Assembly (NCBI GenBank): GCA_020429915.1
Contig: JAGQKV010000026.1
Span: 2,217 to 66,216, forward strand
Length of the DNA: 64,000 nt
Source of the DNA: Candidatus Omnitrophota bacterium
GTDB lineage: Bacteria > Omnitrophota > Gorgyraeia > Zapsychrales > Zapsychraceae
Direction: 5' to 3'
Position 1 is the first letter of the stretch. Each line of letters opens with the position of its first letter. The notes under the pieces are model-generated. The model did not search any database and was not told the DNA's origin. It worked only from the letters and a program-made list of their open reading frames with translations. Below, piece after piece: positions 21,699 through 30,001 of this stretch. The position numbers and the translations under genes were made by a program.

Positions 21699-23000
21699 AT
21701 GAAGAACATCCATAAAATCAGCATCTACTTTGTCATCCTGATTGTCCTGTTCATAACAGGCGGCGGCTTGATCCTCGGCCGTATCCATGTGATGACCATC
21801 GCCCACGAGCGGTTGATCGAGGAGCATCATGAGATCGATCAGATCACCGCCTTCCTTACGCGGATCGACACCCTGATGGGCTTGCTGGTCCAGCAGCAGG
21901 ACCGGACGGAATTCAGCGCGCCCGAGTTAAGCTTGATCGATAAATTAGCCAAGGACCTCGAACAGATTCGCGGGACGTCGGTACGGGGCGAGGAATTCGA
22001 GGAGTCGGGACACAGCCTGGCCGAGAGCCGTCGTTTTGTGAGCCTGTTCGAGCGGTTTCAGCGGTTTCTGACGAGTGTCGGTCAGCGGCCGGAAGGGCGG
22101 GAGGAACTCCTGGACCGGCTGGAATCCCTGCGCCAGGCCGGCGCGGACTTGCAGGCCTTCTATATGCGCGAAATGGGCGAGGCCGCCGATCACGCACAAC
22201 TCATCGAGGTGCAGGTGATGCATCGGATCGCGGTGATCGGGCTGGTGTTCCTGCTTTTGCTGTGCGCGGCGGCGGTGTGGTTTGTCTATCTGATTAACCG
22301 CAGCACGTTGATGCTGATCGAACGCGAGAAGAATTTGACGATCGGGCTGTTGGCCCAAAGCCTGTCTCACGAAATCCGCAATCCGTTGAGCATTATCAAG
22401 TCTTCGACCTCGGTCATACGCAGGAAGCTGCCGCCGGATTCGGAAGAGTACGAGATCACCGGCTATCTGCGCGACGAGGCGGACCGGATCAGCAATCTGG
22501 TCGACCAGTTGTTGCAGCTACGCGCCGAAGAAAGGCCGCAGCTGGCGGCGGAAAATCCCGCCGAGATCATCGGTCAGGTTTCGCAACTGGTGTCGGGTTT
22601 TGCGGCCAAAGCCGGCGTGGCGGTCTCATTCAAGGATGAGGTCGGTCCCCAGACCGTGACGTGCGACCGCAATCAGATCAAGCAGGTGTTGATCAACGTG
22701 ATTATCAACGCGATCGAGGCCTCCGACGGTACCGGCGTCACCATCGAAACGCAGACGTCGGGCCGGGTTTATGATATTCTGGTCAGTGACAGGGGCATGG
22801 GCATGGATCCCCGCACCCTGCGTGAGGCCTACACGCCGTTCTTTACCACAAAAGAAAACGGATCCGGTCTCGGGCTGTTCGTTGCCCGCAAGATTATGGA
22901 AGGCAACGGCGGGGGGATCGCTATTAAATCAGCGCCGGGTGCGGGGACGACGGTGACCATCACCCTGCGCAAACAACCGGAGAACTCTCATGGCGGATGA
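21699..23000 (+). CDS. Sensor histidine kinase (membrane-anchored)
   Basis: N-terminal TM helix, H-box LSHEIRNPLS, G-box GSGLGLFVARKIMEGNGG. Confidence 0.85.
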   Translation: MKNIHKISIYFVILIVLFITGGGLILGRIHVMTIAHERLIEEHHEIDQITAFLTRIDTLMGLLVQQQDRTEFSAPELSLIDKLAKDLEQIRGTSVRGEEFEESGHSLAESRRFVSLFERFQRFLTSVGQRPEGREELLDRLESLRQAGADLQAFYMREMGEAADHAQLIEVQVMHRIAVIGLVFLLLLCAAAVWFVYLINRSTLMLIEREKNLTIGLLAQSLSHEIRNPLSIIKSSTSVIRRKLPPDSEEYEITGYLRDEADRISNLVDQLLQLRAEERPQLAAENPAEIIGQVSQLVSGFAAKAGVAVSFKDEVGPQTVTCDRNQIKQVLINVIINAIEASDGTGVTIETQTSGRVYDILVSDRGMGMDPRTLREAYTPFFTTKENGSGLGLFVARKIMEGNGGGIAIKSAPGAGTTVTITLRKQPENSHGG

Positions 23001-23541
23001 ACCCGTACATATCCTAATCGTCGATGACGAAGACCGCTTGCTGCGGATTCTGCGTCTCGGCCTGCGCAATGCCGGTTTTAACGTGACGACCGCGGGCAGC
23101 GGCGAGGAAGCCCTCGACATATTGCTTAAGAAAGATATCGATCTGCTGCTGACGGATATCCGGTTGGGCGGCATGTCGGGCGTGGACCTGATTTATGAGT
23201 TGGAGCGGTTGGACGTGCAGCTGCCCATAATCGTTATGACGGCGCACGCCGATGTCGACACGGCGGTGAAGTCGCTGAAACACGGCGCCAATGACTATAT
23301 TCAAAAACCTTTTACCGTTGAAGAGGTGGAAAAACTGATTCGCGATCTGCTGGCCAAGATGCCGTCCGCCGAATCCCCGGGGCCGCTGCCGTCGCTGGAC
23401 GAAGGCGTCTCCCAGACGGAAAAAGAGCTGATCCTCAAGGCCCTCGAGCAGTCCGGGTACGTCAAGGCGAAGGCCGCCAAGCTGTTGAAGGTCTCCGAAC
23501 GGACCCTGTGGAACAAGCTAAAAAAGTACGATATTTCGTGA
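22990..23541 (+). CDS. Response regulator with receiver domain plus Fis-type HTH, lacking a sigma-54 AAA+ domain
   Basis: ILIVDDEDRLLRIL and LLLTDIRLGGMSG form the receiver. The C-terminal LKVSERTLWNKLKKYDI is a Fis-family HTH. The gene overlaps the HK stop. Confidence 0.85.
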   Translation: MADEPVHILIVDDEDRLLRILRLGLRNAGFNVTTAGSGEEALDILLKKDIDLLLTDIRLGGMSGVDLIYELERLDVQLPIIVMTAHADVDTAVKSLKHGANDYIQKPFTVEEVEKLIRDLLAKMPSAESPGPLPSLDEGVSQTEKELILKALEQSGYVKAKAAKLLKVSERTLWNKLKKYDIS

Positions 23542-23668
23542 TTTTCACGGACTGTCTCCCGACCCTGCACGTATTTTCATGGTTTTAACTTCCCGCTGAA
23601 GCATTTTTCCTTTATTTCCGGCCGGATTGCGTTTCCTGCTGATGAAATTCCCTCTCCGATAAGGCACA

Positions 23669-24283
23669 ATGTGTCGTAAGGAGGTTGTCATGAATCAAAC
23701 ATTTTCTCGGTGCCTCGGGGCGATGGCCGCCCTGACGGTGCTTACCGCCGGACCCGCTTGGTGCGACGAAGCGGTCTATCACATTGATCCCGCGCAGAGC
23801 CGCATTGAATTTTCCTTCCGGTCCACCCTCCACAAGGTGGAGGGAGAAGTTCACCGCTTCGCCGGAACGTTCGCCGGCCGGTCCGGACTGATGAACCACA
23901 TCCGTGAGGGAGAAGTCATCGTAGATACCGAATCCCTCGATACCTTCCACCCCAAACGCAATCAAAACATGTTGGCGATGTTCGACAGCACGGAGTATCC
24001 GCGAATCCGTTATCGCATTACGGAAGTCATCGGGGTGCCCGCGGTGGACGGCCCGGAGGGGCGTATTACTCTGAAAGGCGTGCTTACGATACGCGATCGG
24101 GAACAGCCGATCGAGATCCCGGCGGACATCACTGAGACCGAAGAGGGGTTGCGGTTGAACGGCAGTGTCGATCTCAGCCTTAAAGATTTTGACCTGAAGC
24201 CGCCGTCGGTGGCCATGGTCATCCGTGTCTTTGACGCGGTGCATATTGACTTTACCGCCTTACTCAAGGAGCAGCAGACATGA
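23669..24283 (+). CDS. YceI-like family periplasmic protein (polyisoprenoid/lipid-binding)
   Basis: Signal peptide followed by the YceI-like motif IDPAQSRIEFSFRSTLHKVEGEVHRFAGTF. Confidence 0.8.
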   Translation: MCRKEVVMNQTFSRCLGAMAALTVLTAGPAWCDEAVYHIDPAQSRIEFSFRSTLHKVEGEVHRFAGTFAGRSGLMNHIREGEVIVDTESLDTFHPKRNQNMLAMFDSTEYPRIRYRITEVIGVPAVDGPEGRITLKGVLTIRDREQPIEIPADITETEEGLRLNGSVDLSLKDFDLKPPSVAMVIRVFDAVHIDFTALLKEQQT

Positions 24284-25422
24284 CACATTATGACGCGTTG
24301 GTGATCGGGGCGGGTCCGGCGGGGATCGCCGCCGCCATCGAATTATCTTTAGCCGGCTGGGAAGTCTTGCTGATTGACAAGGCCGGTTTTCCCCGCGGAA
24401 AGGTATGCGGCGGTTTCGTCGGACCGGAGAACAAGGCCATCCTCGCCGAGTACGGATTGCTGGATGCCTTGGAGCGTCGCGGCGCCAAGTACGTAACGCA
24501 TCTGCAGATCAGCGCCGCCAACAATATCTCGGTGCGGGTCCCGATCTACTTCAACGGCCGGCCGGACTACGGATTGGGCATCAGCCGCTCCGCGATGGAC
24601 GAACTCCTTTTGGCCAAGGCCCTGGATATCGGCGTCAATTTTGAGGGCGGGATAACCGCCCAACACATGGTCCATCGCGGCGGCCACAGTACCTTCACGT
24701 TGGTGGGCCGGGACGGCCGCGCGCCCGCGGAGGCATCGGCAACGCACGTGATATATGCCAACGGGGGAGCCGTCAAAGGAAAAAGCCCGGCTTCCCGTTT
24801 ATACGGGGCATCATGCCTCTTTGATTCCATCGGCGACAGCGGGGCCGATGTGATCATGCATTTTCTCGATCAAGGCCACGCCGGGATCAACCGCTTCGAG
24901 GACGGATCGGTCAATGTCTGTTACGTCATTAAAGACGCGCTGTTTCGCCGGTTCAAAGGAGATTTTGACCAGGTGTGGCGGCATATGCTGGGAGCTAACC
25001 GAAACCTGTACCGGCAGATGAAGAACGCCCGTCCGCTGACCAGGTGGCACGGGACATTTGTCGATATGGACCGTCCGCTGCGGTTCTTTGACGGCCATGC
25101 CTTTTACACGGGGGACGCCTCTGCGGTGATTCATCCGGTGGCCGGCGGCGGGATAACGCTGGCGTTGAGCGGCGGAATCTTGCTGGGTTCCCTACTCGGC
25201 CGGCATCATCCGGAAGACGTCTTCCGTGCGGCCGAGGCAGAGGCATACGCGAAGGCCTTTCGCCGACGGTTTGCCTGGCCGTTACGGGCCTCACGGATGA
25301 TCGGGGCGGCGGGCCATACGGCGCCCGTGGCCAACTCCGTGATTCGCCTCCTGAAATGGAGGGAAGCCCATTTGCATCAGCTCTTCGATATTTTTCATCA
25401 ACCCGCCGTGTTACAAGCGTAA
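24280..25422 (+). CDS. FAD-dependent oxidoreductase (geranylgeranyl-reductase-like flavoprotein)
   Basis: Rossmann FAD motif YDALVIGAGPAGIAAA followed by GKVCGG. The ATGA start overlaps the YceI stop. Confidence 0.85.
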   Translation: MTHYDALVIGAGPAGIAAAIELSLAGWEVLLIDKAGFPRGKVCGGFVGPENKAILAEYGLLDALERRGAKYVTHLQISAANNISVRVPIYFNGRPDYGLGISRSAMDELLLAKALDIGVNFEGGITAQHMVHRGGHSTFTLVGRDGRAPAEASATHVIYANGGAVKGKSPASRLYGASCLFDSIGDSGADVIMHFLDQGHAGINRFEDGSVNVCYVIKDALFRRFKGDFDQVWRHMLGANRNLYRQMKNARPLTRWHGTFVDMDRPLRFFDGHAFYTGDASAVIHPVAGGGITLALSGGILLGSLLGRHHPEDVFRAAEAEAYAKAFRRRFAWPLRASRMIGAAGHTAPVANSVIRLLKWREAHLHQLFDIFHQPAVLQA

Positions 25423-25440
25423 TTTGTTAAGGAGTATACC

Positions 25441-26550
25441 ATGTCATCAATCAAGATTGTCGATATCGCGACCGCGAACCCGCCGTTGAAACTTACTCAG
25501 GAGGAGATTCTCAACCGGATCCTGAAGTCTCCCTTGCGTTCGGCTCGCGAAAAAAAGTTGTACACCAAGTTCCTCACCGAACCGTCCATCCGGACGCGCT
25601 ACGTCGCGATCGAAGACCAACCGGAGAAATTGTTTGAGGAAACCCAGGACGAAGCCATCGATCGTTTTCAGGTCCAGGCGACCCGTCTGGGTGCACAGGC
25701 CGTCAAGAAGCTGCTGCGCCGGACCGGGCTTAAGCCGCACGACATCGACGGCATCATCATCACCACCTGCACCGGATATCTGTGTCCCGGATTGACATCC
25801 TATATCTCCCAGGCCGTCGGTCTGCGTGAGGATATTTACGCGCTGGATATGGTGGGGACCGGATGCGGGGCGGCCTTGCCGGGGATGAAGTCCGCTTGGC
25901 AATATCTGACCGCCCATCCCGATTCGCGGGTCATTGTGCTGGCGGTGGAAATCTGCACGGCCACTTCCTATTGGAATGAAGATTTGGACCTCATTATTTC
26001 CAATTCGATATTCGGTGACGGAGCCGCCGCCTGCCTGTTGACGAACCGCGGGGAGAGTGCCGGTCTGGAAATCCGGGAGTTCCAATCGGTATTGTGGCCG
26101 CAGTACCGGGACGAGCTGCGTTACGTGACCAGGAACGGACGGCTGCTCAATGTCCTCAAGAAAGATGTGCCTTCGCTGGCGGCCTCCGCGTTTCACCGGA
26201 TTTATCAGCGTCTGACCAAGGACTTCACGGTCAAGATCGACCGGATGGCCGTGCATCCCGGCGGCCGCAAAATCCTCGATGAAATCGAGGCCATTTCTCC
26301 GTTCGGCGGCGATGCCTTGCGCCGTTCACGGTCGGTGCTGGCCCGCTACGGCAATATGTCTTCACCCAGCGTCCTGTATGTGCTGCGCGATATCCTGCAT
26401 AAAGATAACTGTCAGTCCGGCGAGACGGTCGGTATCTTTGCCTTCGGCGCGGGGATGACGGCCTTCGGTTGTCTCGCCGTGTATCGCGCGGCGGCCGTGC
26501 CCGACCGTTCCGTGAACCGTAAGGAGGTGTGCGATGGCGCTGTCGTCTGA
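25441..26550 (+). CDS. Type III polyketide synthase (chalcone/stilbene synthase-like)
   Basis: 369-aa thiolase-fold protein with a CHS-like N-terminus and a Cys-containing active-site region ITTCTGYLCPG. It is co-operonic with the oxidoreductase and the methyltransferase. Confidence 0.75.
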   Translation: MSSIKIVDIATANPPLKLTQEEILNRILKSPLRSAREKKLYTKFLTEPSIRTRYVAIEDQPEKLFEETQDEAIDRFQVQATRLGAQAVKKLLRRTGLKPHDIDGIIITTCTGYLCPGLTSYISQAVGLREDIYALDMVGTGCGAALPGMKSAWQYLTAHPDSRVIVLAVEICTATSYWNEDLDLIISNSIFGDGAAACLLTNRGESAGLEIREFQSVLWPQYRDELRYVTRNGRLLNVLKKDVPSLAASAFHRIYQRLTKDFTVKIDRMAVHPGGRKILDEIEAISPFGGDALRRSRSVLARYGNMSSPSVLYVLRDILHKDNCQSGETVGIFAFGAGMTAFGCLAVYRAAAVPDRSVNRKEVCDGAVV

Positions 26551-27292
26551 AAAAAAGGATTTAATCCGGCGGGCGGGTTTTCAGGAGCACTTCCAGGCGG
26601 ATTCCTGGTCGGACTTCAACCGGCAGTTCTTCAACGGGTTGGCTCCCAAGTATGACGCCCTGAATGAGGTGCTGACCTTCGGGCAGCAAAAGCGCTACAA
26701 AACCCGCGCGGTCCGCCGTTCCGGGATTACCCCCGGGGATCTGGTGCTGGATATCTGTACCGGGACCGGTGATATGGCCTTTTTGATTGCCGACGAATTC
26801 GAGCGCAGCACGGTGATCGGCATCGATGTTGCCGAATCAATGTTGCATATCGCCCGCCGGCGTGCGGCCGGGCGGCCGGATGTCGAATTTCGTGTGGGAG
26901 ACGCCATGGCCCTGCCGTTTACGGACGGTATGTTTGATGCGGCTGTCATGAGCTACGGGTTGCGAAACCTGGATGATTTGCAAAAAGGTATTGATGAGGT
27001 CCGACGGGTCGTGAGGCCCGGGGGGAAGATAACCTTCATCGATCTCGGAAAACCCGAGGGAGCCCTGCGTCAGTTGATTTATCGTGCGTACTTTGAAAAT
27101 CTTTTGCCGTTCCTCGGCCGCCACCTCTTTCACCGGGGCGAGTTCAATTCCTTCCGGTATTTACCGGAATCGAACAAGAATTTTCCCACACCCACCCAAC
27201 TGCGTGCGACGCTGACTGCCAGCGGACTGCGCGACATCCAAACCTACACTTATATGGGAGGGACGGTCCTGCAGCTGACCGCCGTCCGCTGA
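26534..27292 (+). CDS. UbiE/COQ5-family SAM-dependent methyltransferase
   Basis: DLVLDICTGTGDMAF and MSYGLRNLDD motifs. It overlaps the PKS gene by 17 nt. Confidence 0.85.
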   Translation: MALSSEKKDLIRRAGFQEHFQADSWSDFNRQFFNGLAPKYDALNEVLTFGQQKRYKTRAVRRSGITPGDLVLDICTGTGDMAFLIADEFERSTVIGIDVAESMLHIARRRAAGRPDVEFRVGDAMALPFTDGMFDAAVMSYGLRNLDDLQKGIDEVRRVVRPGGKITFIDLGKPEGALRQLIYRAYFENLLPFLGRHLFHRGEFNSFRYLPESNKNFPTPTQLRATLTASGLRDIQTYTYMGGTVLQLTAVR

Positions 27293-27413
27293 CGGGGCGC
27301 GTCCCCGCGGGATGTCACTCTCAATTCCTCATGAAAAACTGGGCTTCATCCGGATTTTTGGTAGTATAATACGTGCAAGCAATCCAATCATGCAGAAACA
27401 AAGGAGCAGAACA

Positions 27414-27875
27414 ATGAGTCGCAAGTTTCTTGTGTTGGTCGTATCCGTCTTATTGCTGATGCCGGTCGGCACAGTCCGGGCCGCTAATGATGGTGAAAAG
27501 GGGGCCAGCGCTATGGCTCAGGAGAAGGCGTCGGATCAGGCCGTGTTTAATCGTGTCGGCGATTGGTTCGCGACCGTGGGCAAGTCGGACGCTGAAAAAG
27601 AAGCCATTAAGGCGGAACGCAAGGCCAAACGGGCCGCAAAAAAAGCCGAAAAAGAGGCCCGGAAAAAAGCGAAGATGGCGGAAATGGATGCCAAGAAGGC
27701 CATGGGCGACGCAGAAGGCGAGATGAAAGAAAAGTCCGAAAAAGCGAAAGAGAAGGCCGCCGGAATGGACAAGGATGCCAAGAAGAAAATGAAAGGCGCC
27801 AAGAAAGATATGGACGACAAGATGGACAAGACCGGTAAGGAATGGAAGAATAAAATGAAAGGCATGGACAAGTAA
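27414..27875 (+). CDS. Secreted low-complexity Lys/Ala/Glu/Met-rich protein
   Basis: RBS AAGGAG 8 nt upstream of the ATG. Signal peptide MSRKFLVLVVSVLLLMPVGTVRA, followed by KKAEKEARKKAK-type repeats. The 5'-extended track ORF at 27312 is not supported. Confidence 0.6.
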   Translation: MSRKFLVLVVSVLLLMPVGTVRAANDGEKGASAMAQEKASDQAVFNRVGDWFATVGKSDAEKEAIKAERKAKRAAKKAEKEARKKAKMAEMDAKKAMGDAEGEMKEKSEKAKEKAAGMDKDAKKKMKGAKKDMDDKMDKTGKEWKNKMKGMDK

Positions 27876-27891
27876 CCGAAGGGGGGAGATT

Positions 27892-28059
27892 ATGGACATC
27901 GTAAGGATAGTTTTGGCTGTTTTTTTGCCGCCGGTGGCGGCCTACATGCAGGTCGGGGTGACCCAGCATTTTTGGATCAATATCGTGCTGACCATTCTCG
28001 GCGGGTTGCCGGGTATGATCCACGCACTGTGGCTGGTCGTCTCGAAAAAGACGGCTTAA
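27892..28059 (+). CDS. Pmp3/YqaE (UPF0057) family small hydrophobic membrane protein, 55 aa
   Basis: [22 protein letters not shown]...[24 protein letters not shown] matches the Pmp3/YqaE family signature. It is absent from the ORF track because it is under 60 aa. Confidence 0.8.
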   Translation: MDIVRIVLAVFLPPVAAYMQVGVTQHFWINIVLTILGGLPGMIHALWLVVSKKTA

Positions 28060-28132
28060 CAAGAATCCCGCGCCTGCGGTGCGGTTGATCCCCATACTCC
28101 CGGCCGGAGGAGTCCCGTTCCCGGTCTCAGCT

Positions 28133-28453
28133 ATGAAAAAATGTCCTTACTGTGCTGAAGATATCCAGGACGACGCGGTCAAGTGCAAGCATTGCGGCGA
28201 GTTTCTCGACAAGGCTCCTGTCGCCAAAAAGCCTTGGTACTTCCGCACCTCGGCGCTGGTGATAGCCATCCTGTGCGTCGGGCCGCTGGCGCTCCCGTTG
28301 CTGTGGTTTAATCCTGCCTATTCCCGGGTGACCAAGATCCTGGTGACCCTCATACTTCTGGTATTATCTTATTTTCTTTATGAGGCCACGTTACAGGCGT
28401 TGGCCACGTTGCAACAGTATTACGGCATCATCTTCGAGAATTACGGCGGATAA
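28133..28453 (+). CDS. Zinc-ribbon domain membrane protein
   Basis: The N-terminus carries CPYC...CKHCG (zinc ribbon), followed by two hydrophobic helices. A start at 28133 is preferred over the track start at 28079. Confidence 0.6.
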   Translation: MKKCPYCAEDIQDDAVKCKHCGEFLDKAPVAKKPWYFRTSALVIAILCVGPLALPLLWFNPAYSRVTKILVTLILLVLSYFLYEATLQALATLQQYYGIIFENYGG

Positions 28454-28569
28454 CGTCGTCTGGTCCTCATTTTATTTAGACATCAACACATTCGGGACGC
28501 GCACCTAATCGTGCGCCGGTAGATGCCGGCCCCGTCACAATCATTCCTTTTGGCATCTGCGCGGCAAAG

Positions 28570-28597
28570 AATCCCTATTGACTTTTTTCACGGACAT
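28570..28597 (+). promoter_or_regulatory. Sigma-70-like promoter with extended -10 (TTGACT-16 nt-TGaTATTAT)
   Basis: TTGACT at 28570-28575 and TGaTATTAT ending at 28597, in an AT-rich intergenic stretch. Confidence 0.4.
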
Positions 28598-28603
28598 GAT
28601 ATT

Positions 28604-28810
28604 ATTCCATTAATATTTCAGGAGTAAATATTTTCGCTGCCGTCCCCGTCGGGAAACCGGCGTTAAAAACGGTCTAATGTCGGCTGGGCGTCCCAGCCGC
28701 TTCGCGGAAAAGAAAGCCTAACGCATTCTAGTTTATATTGTTTTTCGTGCCGGAAAGCAATTTTACTGGGATGCGTTTTTTTATGCCCGGCCGCCGGCCG
28801 GCCGGTTTTG
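28604..28810 (+). ncRNA. Candidate small RNA of about 200 nt, bounded by a promoter and an intrinsic terminator
   Basis: Lies between the promoter at 28570-28597 and a GC-rich hairpin plus T-tract at 28785-28809. It contains an internal perfect hairpin GGCTGGGCGTCCCAGCC. No convincing ORF is present (longest 14 aa). Confidence 0.3.
28785..28809 (+). terminator. Rho-independent terminator-like GC hairpin followed by TTTT
   Basis: GCCCGGCCGCCGGCCGGCCGG followed by TTTT. Confidence 0.4.
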
Positions 28811-28996
28811 AGAATTTCTTTGCCGAGAATCTTAAACTCAATGCGACCGTGGAAGGTATGGGCAAGCTGCTCAAAGACCGCTACGGTATTATCATGTTAT
28901 AGCTATTATCCCGATCGACGGGATGCGATGATCCTTCCGGGAGCGACTCAATAAGTGGGTTCGCCGGAAAGGATATCGATCAAGGAGGTGAGAGAC

Positions 28997-29089
28997 GTGA
29001 AACCTGCAAGCAACAAGAGCAAACCAGAAGCCAAACAAGCCGCCAAGCCCCAAACAGCCAAACCGGCCGGAAAATCCAAGACCAAATAG
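28997..29089 (+). CDS. Possible 30-aa Lys/Pro/Ala-rich micro-protein
   Basis: Strong RBS AAGGAGGTG 6 nt before a GTG start. Translation is MKPASNKSKPEAKQAAKPQTAKPAGKSKTK. Speculative. Confidence 0.25.
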   Translation: MKPASNKSKPEAKQAAKPQTAKPAGKSKTK

Positions 29090-29462
29090 GTCTTCGGTTG
29101 GACATTGTAGAGAAGAATCATCCATGATTATCCGGCAGGCCGGTCGGGACATCCGTCCGGGCCGCCTGCCGGAACAGCCCCGCCCTTATGCCCATTAAAC
29201 TTTCCTGCTTGACAAATCGAACCATCTGAATAAAATAAGTCATTAATAAACGTATTTGACTGATGTGGTTGACGCATTTTATTGCAAGAAAGAGGTTTAT
29301 TTCCCTGCTAAAGACGTCATTGGAAATATGCCCAGCTGATTAAATCAAATACGTAAAAAAGTTACTGATTAATCTTCGAAGCCGGAAACCCTGAGTTCAG
29401 AGCTCGTCTCGCTTAATTGCGGGGCGGGCTTTTTTTATGCAGCGGCCAGCGTTGAGCGGAAA

Positions 29463-29936
29463 GTGAATAGACAGGGTTTTGCGGTGGTGGCCGAGCCGGC
29501 CGCCGTAGTGCGCCGCGTTGAACAGCAGCGGGAGTTGAAAGGCGTAAATAAGGAGAAAGAAGGTCACGGCCGCGATCTCCCCGCGCCGGCCGAAACGGGC
29601 GGTGAAACGTTGGCACAGAAATACGTACAGCAGAAAGATCCCGGTCAGGATGCAGAAACCCAGGCGGGCCTGCTCCGCCAGCCGGTAATGGACATCTCGC
29701 GTGTCGATACCGCCGGGAAAGTAAAGGAGGTCATGATCCTGGATTACTACGAAATCCGCGGCAAACCGGCGGCCAAGCGTCGTTTCTTGAAACAGTACCG
29801 CGGCAAGGGCGTGAGCGATCCGATCCGGTTGCGCAAGGACATCGACGGTGTGACCGGCGCGACCATCACGTCGCGTTCGTTGACCGACGGTGTGCGCAAG
29901 GCCGTGCATGTCCATGCCTTGATAAGCTCAAAATGA
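29463..29936 (+). CDS. FMN-binding domain protein (FMN_bind, NosR/RnfG-like C-terminal module)
   Basis: C-terminal FLKQYRGKGVSDPIRLRKDIDGVTGATITSRSLTDGVRKA matches the FMN_bind signature. The overlapping minus-strand ORF has no motifs. The N-terminal boundary is uncertain. Confidence 0.55.
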   Translation: MNRQGFAVVAEPAAVVRRVEQQRELKGVNKEKEGHGRDLPAPAETGGETLAQKYVQQKDPGQDAETQAGLLRQPVMDISRVDTAGKVKEVMILDYYEIRGKPAAKRRFLKQYRGKGVSDPIRLRKDIDGVTGATITSRSLTDGVRKAVHVHALISSK

Positions 29937-30001
29937 GTGGCGCCCGGACAGCGGGACAATAATGCTACCTCCCTAAGGCCAAGAGTGGTATACTACCTCC
30001 C

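Noticed and set aside
27312-27413. 5'-extended starts proposed by the ORF track (27312, 28079, 41973, 61314)
   Set aside because: In each case an internal Met with a good RBS gives a protein beginning at a signal peptide or domain boundary. The extensions are non-protein-like or cross repeat hairpins.
29397-29915. 172-aa minus-strand ORF overlapping the FMN_bind ORF
   Set aside because: It has no recognisable motif, whereas the + strand carries an FMN_bind signature.
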